Shown here: piece after piece, positions 50,348 to 60,860 of the stretch
How the letters are laid out: every line of letters starts with the position of its first letter
How positions within the stretch are numbered: position 1 is the first letter of the stretch
Source: Planctomycetota bacterium
Lineage (GTDB): Bacteria; Planctomycetota; B15-G4; SIAN01
Direction: 5' to 3'
Assembly: GCA_031409275.1 (NCBI GenBank)
Contig: JANNXA010000045.1
Location: 32,001-96,000, forward strand
Length of the DNA: 64,000 nucleotides
The notes under the pieces: model-generated
What the model was told of the DNA's origin: nothing
The model's input: the letters and a program-made list of their open reading frames with translations, nothing else
Database searches by the model: none
Program-made: the position numbers and the translations under genes

Positions 50348-51697
50348 TCAGTTGCCGAGCGCCTTGTCGAGGTTGGCGATCTTGATGGGAGTGTCGAGAC
50401 GCTGCGCGAGCTCGTCGAGGTACTTCTGGAAGTCCTGAGCCGAGCGCAACCCGGCCGGCTCCTGATCCCACGCCGCCACCGAATAGAAGGTGAAGTTGCG
50501 GGAGATGCCGTCGAAGGCGACGCCGATGACGTCGCTTGGCTCTTTCACGAAGCCCGTTGCCGTGCGGCCATTGGCCAGCAGGCCGAGTCCGAGCGACCCG
50601 GTCGCCGTGCCGCCGACGTTGCTCGGGCCGAAGCTCGAGACGCGCATCCAGCTCTGCGCGCCGCTGGCCTGCTCTTTCTTCAGCCCATCCGCGTTCATCG
50701 CGAACGCCAGCCCATGGCCGCCGCGCGACACGTTCACGTCGTGGCGCAGCATGCGACCCCCGGCGTACTGCGTGATCCTCCAGCGCAGGTCGAAGGAGTC
50801 GCGACCGAGCTTGGCGCCGAACAGCACCACTTCCGCCTCGAGCGCCGCCGGGCCGTTGCGCGTCATGCGGAACTGCGCCGAATCGAGACCGGTCAGCGGA
50901 ACGATGGTGCCCTTCTCCGCGTAGCCGAACGCGCCGGCGCCGAAGCCGGTCACGTCGCCGAGCAGCGAACCGCCCCAGGTCTGGTTGCCGAGGTTCAGGT
51001 AGTCGGCCGTGAAGGCGGCGTTCTTCGGTGTCAGGACGAGGTCGCGCTCGCGCTTGCCGATCACGTCGAAGCACATGCGCGAGTCGAACAAGAGACGCCA
51101 GCCGTTGGTGTCGGTCTCGAAGACCGGCCCGTCGCACTGATAGAGGCCATCCCCCTTCGCGTGCTGCGAATCGAGCACCGAATTGGCGACCTCGACGTAG
51201 CGCCCTTCCGACTTGAGCGCGCCGCCTTCGCGCCGCGTGGTCTCGCGCACGTACAAGCCGCCCTCGACGCGCGGGCCCGACGCCTTCGAGAGGCGCGAGA
51301 ACTGCGGCGAGGCGACGGCGAGGAAGCGCTTCTCGCCAGCTCGGAAGTCGCAGATGACCAGCAATGTGTCGGGCGTGCCGTCGTAGTTCTTGTCGATCAC
51401 CTGCGCCGGAATCGTCGGCGCGGGATCGGTCGCGAGCAGCGCGTCGCCGCGCTCCGGATACCAGTTGGATGGAAGGACGTGGATCGAGAAGTCGCGCTCG
51501 TCGAACTTCTTGAATCGGGCGCGAACTTCGCTGAGCGGGATCTCGACCACTTCGCTGTCACGCACCATCGACAGCGTGTTGGTGAGCTGGATCGTCGTGT
51601 AGGACTCGCCAATCGACGATTCAGGCAACGAACACGCCGACGCGAGGGCCAACGACGCGATGCCGACAACCCGCCGCGACCCGACCTGCAAATTCAT
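50348..51697 (-). CDS. DUF4861-like lipoprotein
   Basis: Lipobox LASAC; DGPVFETD..GWRL.FD.R..FDVIGK; WG...L......GAG. Confidence 0.6.
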   Translation of the reverse strand: MNLQVGSRRVVGIASLALASACSLPESSIGESYTTIQLTNTLSMVRDSEVVEIPLSEVRARFKKFDERDFSIHVLPSNWYPERGDALLATDPAPTIPAQVIDKNYDGTPDTLLVICDFRAGEKRFLAVASPQFSRLSKASGPRVEGGLYVRETTRREGGALKSEGRYVEVANSVLDSQHAKGDGLYQCDGPVFETDTNGWRLLFDSRMCFDVIGKRERDLVLTPKNAAFTADYLNLGNQTWGGSLLGDVTGFGAGAFGYAEKGTIVPLTGLDSAQFRMTRNGPAALEAEVVLFGAKLGRDSFDLRWRITQYAGGRMLRHDVNVSRGGHGLAFAMNADGLKKEQASGAQSWMRVSSFGPSNVGGTATGSLGLGLLANGRTATGFVKEPSDVIGVAFDGISRNFTFYSVAAWDQEPAGLRSAQDFQKYLDELAQRLDTPIKIANLDKALGN

Positions 51698-51927
51698 CAC
51701 GATCCCTCCCTCACTCTTCGATGCGAGCACGCGCCGATCCACCGTCACTCACGGTGGCCCCTCACGACGGAATGCGCCATTCATCCCGCGACCGCCAAGC
51801 GACGTGCTCGATCGCGCGACATTCGGCCCGATCGAAGGCGTTTCGTCAACGGGCGGCCTCGAGGCCCGGTGGTGCGTTCCCCACCGTCTCCCCGACTTGC
51901 CCACGCGATCGCGCGCCACTCGCTCGA

Positions 51928-52311
51928 TCAGCTGGTCGGTTCCGGAATCGCAGCCGGTCGGTTGCCGTGGTAGCCGAACACGCGGGTGTGGATGCCGCCG
52001 CGCACGAAGAAGTCCCCCTCGATCCGCATCCACTTCGGCGCCACCGCGGCGACGAGGTCATCGAGGATCTGCTGAGTCACCGCTTCGTGGAACGTCCCGA
52101 CTTCGCGGAAGCTCCAGAGGTAGAGCTTGAGCGACTTGAGCTCGACGCACTTCTGGTCCGGCACGTAGCGCAGCTTGATCGTGCCGAAGTCGGGCTGCCC
52201 CGTCTTCGGGCAGACACAGGTGAACTCCGGGCAGTCGATCGCGATCAGGAAGTCGCGCCCGGGGCGCGGGGATGGAAAGGTCTCGAGGTCGCGGGACGGG
52301 CGGGTGGACAT
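51928..52311 (-). CDS. queF: NADPH-dependent preQ0 reductase QueF (type I)
   Basis: [33 protein letters not shown]. Confidence 0.95.
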   Translation of the reverse strand: MSTRPSRDLETFPSPRPGRDFLIAIDCPEFTCVCPKTGQPDFGTIKLRYVPDQKCVELKSLKLYLWSFREVGTFHEAVTQQILDDLVAAVAPKWMRIEGDFFVRGGIHTRVFGYHGNRPAAIPEPTS

Positions 52312-52369
52312 TCAAGGCGCTCCGAAGGGCGCAGCAGCGTAGCAGCCACCGTCGCCCGACGACCCCGAC

Positions 52370-55138
52370 TCAGCGCCCGCCGCCCTGCGCGCCGCCGCCC
52401 GCAGGCGCCACCCCACCCGGCGCTCCCGCTCCGGTCGGTTCGCCCCCGGCTCGGCGGCTGCCGCGTCCGCTTTCGACCCGTTGGCGCAGCTCCTGCAACT
52501 CCTTCTGAAGCGCCTCGATCGTCCGCGCCAGCTCCTCAACCGTTGGCGCCCCGGCGCGCCCGGTGGCCGGGGCCCCCGCCGGCGCGCTGGCCGCAACCGC
52601 AGCCGCTTTCGCTTCCTCGATCTGGCGCAGCGCGTTCCCGACCGCGAAACGGAGGAAGCGCGGACCGTCGCTCTTCTCGGCGAGCTTGCGCAGCAGCGGC
52701 TCCGCCTCGAGCGCCTTCAGATCCCCGAGGCTGCCGATCGCGGCGCGCTGCGCCTCCCCGCCGTTCTCCGCCAACGGCAGCAGCAGCGCGATCGCTTCGT
52801 CGCGGCGCGAACCCAGCAGGCTCGCCGGGATCGCCCCAAGCGACTGCACGCCGAGCGTGCGCCGTGGCGCATCGGGCGCCGATCGGGCAAAGGCGAAGAC
52901 CTCGTCGACCGCCATCGCGTCGGCCAACGCAAGGCGCGCGCGCAAAGCCGCGCCGCCGACGCGATCGTTGGGCGAAGCGAAGTCGGTCGCCGCGCGCAGC
53001 GCCACGAGGGCGGAGTCGCCGCCGATCTTCGAGAGCGCGTCGCACGCCGACGATTGCACCTGGTAGGAGAGGTCGCTGCGCAGCGTTTCGGCGACCCGTG
53101 CTCCGACCGCTTCACGGCCCTCTCCTAGTTCGGCGGCCAGCGTCCCGAGCCCGCTGATCGCAGCGCGCCGCACCCGCGACTCGCGATCGCCGACCAGGCG
53201 GAGCAACGCCGCGACCGAGGCCGGGCCACCCAGTTTGGCCAGACCGTTGGCGGCCGCGGAGCGCACGTCGCGCGCCTGCTCGCGCGCGAGCACTTCGATC
53301 AACGTCGTGCGCGCGAGCTCCTTCTCTTCGACCGCCGCGAGCTGCTCGACGGCGACGATCCGCGCCACCGCATCGCGGTCGCCGCCGGTCGCGATGAATG
53401 CGAGCTCGGCGGCGCTCTTCTTGAAGTCGACCTCCTTCAGCAGCGCGCTGCCCTGATCAAAGGCGACCATCTGCGGCGGCTCGGACGCGGGCAGGCGGAA
53501 CTGCTGTTCACGTTTGTCGAGCCACATCGTGGTGCGCGTGCGCACCCCGCCGGCGACCACCTCGATGGGAACCGGCCAGCGGAAAACGGCGACCATGTTG
53601 GCCGCGTCCTGTGTCTGCTTGACGTCGAGCACGACCTCTTTCTTATCGGCGTCGTAGCTCTGGGTGATCGCCAGTTTCGGGTGGCCACCGAGGTAGACGA
53701 ACTGCTCGAAGAGCCAGTGCAGGTTCTGTCCGGTCGCCTCTTCGATGGCGACCTCGAGGTCAAGGCTGTCGACCAGTTGACCGGCGTGCTTGGTGCAGTA
53801 GTGATGCATCGCACGCCACCAACCATCGTCACCGAGCAGGCCGCGGATCATGTGCAGCACCGAGGCGCCGCGCACGTACTCGTTGTTGTGACCGTCCCCC
53901 TGATCGGCGCGGTTGAAGAAACTCTCGACCAGCGGGCGCGGGGTGCGATGGTCGGCGTTGATCGCCTGCTGCTGGTTGCCGCGCATCTGCAGCGCGAACG
54001 CATCGGCGCCGTTGACCTTCTCGTTGTAGAGGGCGTCGTAGTACTGCGCGAATCCCTCGTTCAGCCAGAGATGGCGCCAGGTGCGGCAGGTGAGGTAGTC
54101 GCCCCACCATTGATGGGCGAGTTCGTGCGCGACGAGTCCCTGGCTGTCGCGGTCGAGATGCTCGCGCTCGTCATGCAGCGTCGAGTCGGTTTGCGTCGTC
54201 GCCGAGATGTTCTCCATGCCGCCGGCGATGAAGTTCTGCACGGCGACCTGGCTGTACTTCGGGTACGGGTAGGGCACGCCGATCTTGGTGGAGAAGAACT
54301 CGAGCATGTCGGGCGTCTGGCCGAAGCTGCGGCGCGCCTTGGCCTCGCCGACGCCGGCCTGCACGTAGTACTCGACCGGGACGCCGCGCCAGTCGTCGGC
54401 GTAGCGCTCGTAGTGGCCGACGCACAGCGAGATGAGGTAGGTGGCGAACGGGAAGTCGAGGACGTAGCACCAGGTGGTGAAGCCGTCGCCCGCCGGCCGC
54501 CGCTCGACCTGCTTGCCGTTGCTGACCACCGTGAGGCCATCCTTCACCGTGAACTCGCCCTCGAACGCGGCGCGGTCACTGGGGTAGTCCCAGGTGGGGA
54601 TCCAGTGGCGGTTGTCCTCGGCCTGCCCCTGGCTCCAGCACTCCGGCAGCAGCTTCGGCGACTCGGGAGTCGGCGCGATGAACCAGAGGCCGCGCTTGGG
54701 ATTGCTGGCCGAGTAGCGGATCTCGACGGCGAGCGACTGGCCGGCCGGCACGGGAGCCAGCAGCGTCACCTCGAGGCGCCCTTTCTCGTGGCGGAACGGC
54801 ACGGCCGCGCCATCCACCGTCACCGCTTCGATGGCAAGGTTCTCGGCATCGAACCACAGCGACTGGGTGCCGCCGCTCAACGCGGTGATGTGGTTCGTCA
54901 CCGAGCCCGCGAAGCTCTTCTGTTCGAGGTCGACCTTCAAGCGCAGATGGACCTTCACGAGGTCGTAGACGCGATTCGCCGTCCCGCGATCCTCGCGCAT
55001 CGGACCGAAGTTCGGCTTGACCTCGACGGGCGCGGCTCCGCCCGGCCCCGCCTGCGCGAACAAAGGCCCCGCCAGCGCGAACAGGAACGGCAAGACGACC
55101 ACCGATGGAAGGACGCGGCGCAGATTTCGCGACAACAT
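52370..55138 (-). CDS. M1 family aminopeptidase with HEAT repeats and C-terminal coiled coil
   Basis: GGMEN, HELAHQWWGD...WLNEGFA, YVRGA; signal peptide. Confidence 0.9.
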   Translation of the reverse strand: MLSRNLRRVLPSVVVLPFLFALAGPLFAQAGPGGAAPVEVKPNFGPMREDRGTANRVYDLVKVHLRLKVDLEQKSFAGSVTNHITALSGGTQSLWFDAENLAIEAVTVDGAAVPFRHEKGRLEVTLLAPVPAGQSLAVEIRYSASNPKRGLWFIAPTPESPKLLPECWSQGQAEDNRHWIPTWDYPSDRAAFEGEFTVKDGLTVVSNGKQVERRPAGDGFTTWCYVLDFPFATYLISLCVGHYERYADDWRGVPVEYYVQAGVGEAKARRSFGQTPDMLEFFSTKIGVPYPYPKYSQVAVQNFIAGGMENISATTQTDSTLHDEREHLDRDSQGLVAHELAHQWWGDYLTCRTWRHLWLNEGFAQYYDALYNEKVNGADAFALQMRGNQQQAINADHRTPRPLVESFFNRADQGDGHNNEYVRGASVLHMIRGLLGDDGWWRAMHHYCTKHAGQLVDSLDLEVAIEEATGQNLHWLFEQFVYLGGHPKLAITQSYDADKKEVVLDVKQTQDAANMVAVFRWPVPIEVVAGGVRTRTTMWLDKREQQFRLPASEPPQMVAFDQGSALLKEVDFKKSAAELAFIATGGDRDAVARIVAVEQLAAVEEKELARTTLIEVLAREQARDVRSAAANGLAKLGGPASVAALLRLVGDRESRVRRAAISGLGTLAAELGEGREAVGARVAETLRSDLSYQVQSSACDALSKIGGDSALVALRAATDFASPNDRVGGAALRARLALADAMAVDEVFAFARSAPDAPRRTLGVQSLGAIPASLLGSRRDEAIALLLPLAENGGEAQRAAIGSLGDLKALEAEPLLRKLAEKSDGPRFLRFAVGNALRQIEEAKAAAVAASAPAGAPATGRAGAPTVEELARTIEALQKELQELRQRVESGRGSRRAGGEPTGAGAPGGVAPAGGGAQGGGR

Positions 55139-55248
55139 CACTCTCTCCTCTTCGCTTCTTCCTGAATCAGGAGCGTCGCTTGTACCGGGGCATCGTTGCA
55201 ACGCAACGGCGGGTCCGGGCGCTGCAGCGCAGCGGCTCTCGTTGCGAC

Positions 55249-56070
55249 TCAGTGGCCGCCGACCGCGGCTCGGTCGGGTGAAACGGTGAGTCCGGACGAC
55301 GCGCGCAGCGTGACGGTGTAGACCTCGCCCGTGCGCAACTGGATCGACGGCGCCTCGCCGTGAGCCGCGCGAATGCCCGCAGCGGCCGCGCGCTTCGCGT
55401 CGTTGGCGTACTCCCAGAACTCGTTCCAGACCGAGCGCTCGAGTTCGCCCATCGGCGAGTCGCCGCCATACGCCGCCGGCCGCTCGCCCATGCCGTCGAG
55501 CGCGACTCCGTCGCTCGGCGCCTGGTGCTCGCCGAAGAGTCGCCGAAACAGGACGAGCGAAGCGCCACGCAGTTCGTCGCCCCCCTCGACGAGGAAGTCG
55601 TCGAACTTCACCACCCACGCATCGACGTAGAGGATGCTCCCGGCGATGGTCGCTTCGGTGGCTTTCCCCACCGGATTTCCGGCGGCGTCGACCTCCTCGA
55701 ATCGCACGCGCGTTCGCATCACGCCGCCCGCGTCGGCCCGTTGATCAAGCACCACGATGCGGGCCACGCGCCGCTCGACCTTCTGCAACCGCAACGCGAG
55801 GCCGAGCCGTTCGAGTTCGACGCGCTGCTCCGCGATCTGCTGCTGCTGCGTGGCGACCTGCGCGTTCAGCGCGACGTTCTGCCGCTCCGCCTGCTCCACG
55901 GCGCCGACGAGGCGGGTGATCTCGGCGCTGCGCTGCACGAGCTCTTGCGTGCGCCGCTCATCGCCATCGTGAACGCGCCAACCAAGCCACACCGCGACTC
56001 CCGTGACGACGACGAATCCAAGCTTGGCCACGTTGCCAAGCAGCGCATTGGTCTGGCCGATCGTCGACAT
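55249..56070 (-). CDS. Hypothetical membrane-anchored coiled-coil protein
   Basis: GGGAG RBS; N-terminal TM, heptad-rich segment, globular C-terminus. Confidence 0.65.
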   Translation of the reverse strand: MSTIGQTNALLGNVAKLGFVVVTGVAVWLGWRVHDGDERRTQELVQRSAEITRLVGAVEQAERQNVALNAQVATQQQQIAEQRVELERLGLALRLQKVERRVARIVVLDQRADAGGVMRTRVRFEEVDAAGNPVGKATEATIAGSILYVDAWVVKFDDFLVEGGDELRGASLVLFRRLFGEHQAPSDGVALDGMGERPAAYGGDSPMGELERSVWNEFWEYANDAKRAAAAGIRAAHGEAPSIQLRTGEVYTVTLRASSGLTVSPDRAAVGGH

Positions 56071-56216
56071 CGACGTCACTCCCGCAAGCCGTCGCACTGA
56101 GTTCGAGGGTGGCGAGGATAGCCCGGCTTCCCGCACGATCGCGCGCCACGGCGATCGGTATGGTGCGGCGCGACCGCGCTTCCATTTCGACGCGCTGGCG
56201 CAATCGAGGTCCAACG

Positions 56217-56678
56217 ATGCTGAAACCGGGCGACGTGGCACCTGACTTCAAGGTCAAGAACCACCATGGCAAAGAGGTCACGCTGAAAAGCCTGGCCGGC
56301 AAGAACGTCGTGTTGTGGTTCTATCCCAAGGCCGACACCCCTGGCTGAACCAAGGAGGGCTGCGGGTTCCGTGATCGAATCCGCGACTTCGCCAAGCTCG
56401 ACACCGTGGTCCTCGGCGCGAGCTACGACAGCGTCGACGACAACCGCAAGTTCGCCGAGAAGTTCGAGTTTCCTTTCGACCTGCTCTGCGACACCGACAA
56501 GAGTCTCGCCAAGGCGTACGGCGCGTACGACGCGAGCGCCGACGGTTACCCGCGCCGGGCCGCGTTCGTCATCGGCAAGGACGGCAAGATCGCGCACGCA
56601 TGGGAAAAGGTGAAGGCCGCCGACTTCCCGAGCGAAGTGCAGGCGCTGCTGTCGGCGCCGCCACCGAAGCGACCCTGA
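56217..56678 (+). CDS. bcp: Peroxiredoxin BCP/PrxQ, predicted selenoprotein (UGA at 56346-56348 = Sec)
   Basis: FYPKADTPG-[TGA]-TKEGCGFRD continues in frame as a complete BCP fold; SECIS-like hairpin follows. Confidence 0.88.
56354..56390 (+). promoter_or_regulatory. Putative bacterial SECIS element
   Basis: Stem GCGGGTTC/GAATCCGC (56362-69/56377-84), loop CGTGATC starting 22 nt after UGA; lower stem GGAG/CTTC. Confidence 0.65.
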
Positions 56679-56745
56679 CGGGTCGGAGCGTCGCGCGTAG
56701 TCCGCGAGAGTTCGCGACGCTCGACCCACTCGCACGGAGGAAACC

Positions 56746-57096
56746 GTGGATCCGGAACGCGTCTTCAAGATGGCCTTCGCGAAGGTGTACCCCCTCTACA
56801 TCAAGAAGGCGGAGAGGAAGGGGCGAACGAAGAAGGAAGTGGACGAGGTGATCTGCTGGCTGACGGGCCGCGACTCGCGACAGCTGGCGGACGCGATCAA
56901 GAAGCAGGCCGACTTCGAGACCTTCTTCGGCACGGCGCCGAAACTCCATCCCAACGCCGACAAGATCACCGGCACCATCTGCGGCGTGCGCATCGAGGAG
57001 ATCGAGGACCCGCTGATGCAGAACATCCGCCGCCTCGACAGGCTCGTCGACGAACTGGCCAAGGGGCGACCGATGGAGAAGATCCTGCGGGCGTAG
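56746..57096 (+). CDS. DUF2200 family protein
   Basis: FAKVYPLYIKKAERKGRT, WLTG, ITGTICGVRIEEIEDPLMQ, LVDELAKG. Confidence 0.9.
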   Translation: MDPERVFKMAFAKVYPLYIKKAERKGRTKKEVDEVICWLTGRDSRQLADAIKKQADFETFFGTAPKLHPNADKITGTICGVRIEEIEDPLMQNIRRLDRLVDELAKGRPMEKILRA

Positions 57097-57153
57097 GGCG
57101 TTGCCGCGTGGCAGCGCGCTGGCGTGCGCCCCCACCGCGCGTGCCGCTTCCGC

Positions 57154-60100
57154 CTACTTCCGCGTGACCCAGATCGGGCTGGTCCACGCCGTCTCGCCGT
57201 CGGCCTGGATGACACGCGCGTAGTAGCTGGTCGCGCCGGCGCCCACCTCGTCGTCGACCCACTCCTGAACCAGCTCACTCACCTCGAGGCCAGCCTGCTC
57301 GGCGACCGTCGTGTCGTAGCGCTCGCGAACCACGAGCTGCCAGCTGTCGTCGCGCAGACGCCCGGTGTAGCCGTCGGCCAGCAGTTTCGCGACCGAGACG
57401 CGGGCGACCTGGGCGCCTTGCGTCACCGTGACGATCGCATCGCGGCGCGCCCGCATCCGGAAGCGGTAACCATCGCGCCCGGCGGCGAACGCCGCCTTCG
57501 GCCAACGCAACTCGACCGCGCCATCGACGCCGAGGATCGACGGCTGGGTCGGATCGTTCGCCCGCCGCGAGCGGGACGGCGGCGCGATCAAGCGGCCGTC
57601 GTCGACGCGCAGCGAAACCACGAGATCGGTACGCAACGGCAGCGACTTCTGCGGCACCACGAATTCGATCGTGCAATCGGCCTGCGCCGGCTCGCGCTCC
57701 CGCCCGAGCCGTTTCCACGGCACGCCGTCACGCATCACCAGCACGTCGCGAATCGGTTGCAGCATGCGCGCCACGAGGCGCACTCGCGGCGCCGCAGCGC
57801 AGGTCACCGACTCCCCCATCAGCGCGTCGTCGACGCGCAGTTCGAGGAAGAGGCCGCGCGCGGTGGCGCCGAAGGTGCGTCCCGCCTGCAGCGCCGCGAA
57901 GATCGCGGTGGGCGCGAGCGACTCCGCCAGGACGCCGGCGTAGGCCGCGCCGTTCCCGTGGTCGCTGCTGGCGATGAAGCCGACGCCGCGCTGCGCTCGC
58001 ACGGCGTCGACGGCGAAGCTGCCGTTCGCCAGCGCGCGCGACGACTGCCGCCAGCAGCCGTCGAACTCGAAGCTGCCGCGCAGCGATTGGTAGATCTCGA
58101 GGAGACGCGTCACGCGCGGATCGCACTGCTCGAAATCGACCCGCCGTCCGGGATCGGCGGAGGTGTGCGGGATCACCAGCGCTCGTTCCGGGGGCAACTG
58201 CTGGCAGAGCCAGCGCAACGCGTTGGCCTCGTCCTGCGCGGAGAGCGCGAGCAGCGGCGCATCGTCGTCGGCGAAGATGACGTTCACGTGGCCCTGGCTG
58301 CGCGACGAACACTCGTAGCCGCACAACGGCAGCAGCGTCGACGTGCGCTCGAACGCGAGCAGCCGCTTGAGTCGCGCCCAAGCGCCCGGATCGAGGTGGC
58401 CCGCGTGGTCCGTGATGGCGATGAAATCGTCGCCGTAGACGTCGCGCGCGAAGGCGTAGCGATCTTCCGGCATCGGCTCGATGCCGCGACTGCAGCGCGA
58501 GAGCGAGGAGTGGCGGTGCAGGTCGCCGTAGTAGACGGTGAACGACTGCTCACCACGCGTCGCGACGTGGCGTCTGGCGCCAGTGACGTAGGCGTCCTCC
58601 GCTTGCGCCCCGGCGGGATGGAAATGGGGCAGCGAACGCTCGGCAGCGCGGGTCACCCACTTCGTCGTGCGCTCCGCTCCAGTCGTCACCGCGGTCGGCG
58701 CCGGCAATTCGAGGCGCCCGACCACGATCCCAGACGGTCCCATCCAGGTGGCGTACTCGTCGCCCTGCGCCTTCGCCAGCGCCTTGAGCGGCGCGGGCAG
58801 CGAGTTGGCGTTCCACAAGGAGCCCATCTTCATGCGATGGTCGGCCTGCGCCGCGGCCCACACGGCGCCGCCGACCAGCGCCAGCGCGCCGCTCTCGCCA
58901 TGCCCGGTGCTCGCCGCCAGTTCATGCGCCGGCGACCAGCCGTCGGACTCGAGCCATTGCAGCAGCAACGGGCTGCCCGAGCGACGATCGCGCGAGCGCG
59001 ACTGCAACACGTAGCGATAGGCGACCACCGGACGACCGTGCGCGTCCACCAGCAATCGCGGCGCGCCACCTCCCCAGCCAAGGAGCGGCGCGCCCGGCAC
59101 CGCGCCGTCGATCCAGCCGCCGCGGCCAGCCGCCACCTGCACGCCGCTGGCATCGCGGCGCGCCACCATGACGTGGACCGACCGCTCGCCGCGCCGACTG
59201 CCGGCCTGTTCCGGCGGCAGCGAATGGCCGCGCGCGCCATCGATCAGCCGATCCCAGGCAATCCACAACGAACCGTCGGGTGCGCCGGCAAGCGCCGGAT
59301 GGAGGTCATCGGAAGCCGACTCCGCGGAGATCGACTCGACCGGCGCACCGTCGATCAGCGACTGCAGCAGCACCTCGTAGTCGCGTTCGACGTAGCTCGA
59401 CCAGGCGACGAAGAGCGTGTCGCCGGCCCGCGCGAGCGCGGGATCGAGGTCGCTGCCGCCACCAGCGCCGACGACGCGAATCGCCCCGAGCGCGCCAGCG
59501 GTGCAGGGTGCAACCACCACATCGAACGAGCCGCCGACCGCCGCGGCGCCCTCGACCCATTGCTCCCATGCGAGCACGAGAGTGCCATCGCTGGCGCAGG
59601 CGACGTCGGGATCGCGCGCCGGCGCACTCCCGCTGGTCAACCACTGCGTGGTGACGTCGTCCATCGCATCGAGTCGCGCCATTCGAAGCTGCGCGATGCC
59701 CGCGACGATCTCGCTCCAGAAGACGTGCAGGTCGCCGGTGCCATCGAGCGCGGCGCACGGCGCGCTGCAGAGCGCGGGCACGGTCGAGAGGTCGATCGGA
59801 TCGGCCGGCGCGCCCGTTTCCGACACGCGGCGCGCCGCGATGACGTCGCCCACGCCGCCGCGCCATTCGTGATCGATCAACCAGGCGCCGCCGTCCGCGC
59901 ACGCCACGAGGACGGGGGCGCTGCGCTCGCGGTCGAAGCTCTCGACTCGGGCAAGCGATGGCCACGCCAACGGGGTCGGCACCTCGCGTTCGACGAGATC
60001 GTCGGCGCCATCGCCATCGCCTCCGCCACTGTCGCCGTCGCGGCCTCCGGTCGCCCCCTCGTCCTGCGCCAACGTCGAATCCACGGCGCCATTCGCATTC

Positions 60101-60213
60101 GCAACCGGCGCGCGCCACCACAACGGCGCGACCGAAATCGCGAGCGGCAGCAGCAGGAACGCGCGGCGAAGCAGCGCTCGACGTGGGAGACTCGCGCCCA
60201 AACTGCCCTCCAT
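57154..60213 (-). CDS. Exported PHP-like (DUF3604/CehA-like) metallohydrolase with N-terminal beta-propeller-like repeats
   Basis: RRAFL twin-arginine-like signal; GDLHRHS, AITDH, GHVN, IPH, ASSDH. Confidence 0.7.
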   Translation of the reverse strand: MEGSLGASLPRRALLRRAFLLLPLAISVAPLWWRAPVANANGAVDSTLAQDEGATGGRDGDSGGGDGDGADDLVEREVPTPLAWPSLARVESFDRERSAPVLVACADGGAWLIDHEWRGGVGDVIAARRVSETGAPADPIDLSTVPALCSAPCAALDGTGDLHVFWSEIVAGIAQLRMARLDAMDDVTTQWLTSGSAPARDPDVACASDGTLVLAWEQWVEGAAAVGGSFDVVVAPCTAGALGAIRVVGAGGGSDLDPALARAGDTLFVAWSSYVERDYEVLLQSLIDGAPVESISAESASDDLHPALAGAPDGSLWIAWDRLIDGARGHSLPPEQAGSRRGERSVHVMVARRDASGVQVAAGRGGWIDGAVPGAPLLGWGGGAPRLLVDAHGRPVVAYRYVLQSRSRDRRSGSPLLLQWLESDGWSPAHELAASTGHGESGALALVGGAVWAAAQADHRMKMGSLWNANSLPAPLKALAKAQGDEYATWMGPSGIVVGRLELPAPTAVTTGAERTTKWVTRAAERSLPHFHPAGAQAEDAYVTGARRHVATRGEQSFTVYYGDLHRHSSLSRCSRGIEPMPEDRYAFARDVYGDDFIAITDHAGHLDPGAWARLKRLLAFERTSTLLPLCGYECSSRSQGHVNVIFADDDAPLLALSAQDEANALRWLCQQLPPERALVIPHTSADPGRRVDFEQCDPRVTRLLEIYQSLRGSFEFDGCWRQSSRALANGSFAVDAVRAQRGVGFIASSDHGNGAAYAGVLAESLAPTAIFAALQAGRTFGATARGLFLELRVDDALMGESVTCAAAPRVRLVARMLQPIRDVLVMRDGVPWKRLGREREPAQADCTIEFVVPQKSLPLRTDLVVSLRVDDGRLIAPPSRSRRANDPTQPSILGVDGAVELRWPKAAFAAGRDGYRFRMRARRDAIVTVTQGAQVARVSVAKLLADGYTGRLRDDSWQLVVRERYDTTVAEQAGLEVSELVQEWVDDEVGAGATSYYARVIQADGETAWTSPIWVTRK

Positions 60214-60306
60214 CCGATGGCTTGGCCGAGCGCGGCGCGGCTTGCACCGTGTTGCAGCGAGGGGCAATCTACGCGGCCTCTTCCCCGATCGGCAGGAGTC
60301 CTCGCG

Positions 60307-60738
60307 ATGCCCTACTTGAACGTCCCTCCCGTCCAAGCGAAGGAACTGCTCGATCAGGGCGATGGATGGATCTACGTCGACGTCCGCACCGAAGCGGAGT
60401 TCGCGCAGGGTCACCCGACCGGTGCCCGCAACATCCCGATCGCGACGGGAGCGCCGCCGAACCTGGTGATGAACGCCGAGTTCCTCGCCGTCGTGAAGGC
60501 GAACTTCAAGAAGGACGCCAAGCTCCTCTTTGGTTGCGCTTCGGGCGGCCGCTCGGCGCGCGCGTGCGAGGTGGCCGCCAATGCCGGCTACCTCGCGCTC
60601 GCCAACATGACCGGTGGCTTCCACGGCTCGCGCTCACCGCTCGGCGTGACGGAGAAAGGCTGGGCCGCGCTCGGCCTTCCCACCGCCACCACCGCCGGTC
60701 CCGGCTGCAGCTACGAGGCGCTGCGCCGCAACGTGTAG
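60307..60738 (+). CDS. Rhodanese-like domain protein
   Basis: AGGAG RBS; DVRTEAEF..GH..GA.NIP, CASGGRS, GGF. Confidence 0.9.
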   Translation: MPYLNVPPVQAKELLDQGDGWIYVDVRTEAEFAQGHPTGARNIPIATGAPPNLVMNAEFLAVVKANFKKDAKLLFGCASGGRSARACEVAANAGYLALANMTGGFHGSRSPLGVTEKGWAALGLPTATTAGPGCSYEALRRNV

Positions 60739-60860
60739 TGCCGCGACGGCGATCGGAGGACGACGCCGAGGATCCCGTGCTTGCACGGCCCTCTCCTGCC
60801 GGCAAACTCGCCGCCCCGACTGCGGGAATCGAGACGCGCCGACGAACGGAAGGGCCCACC

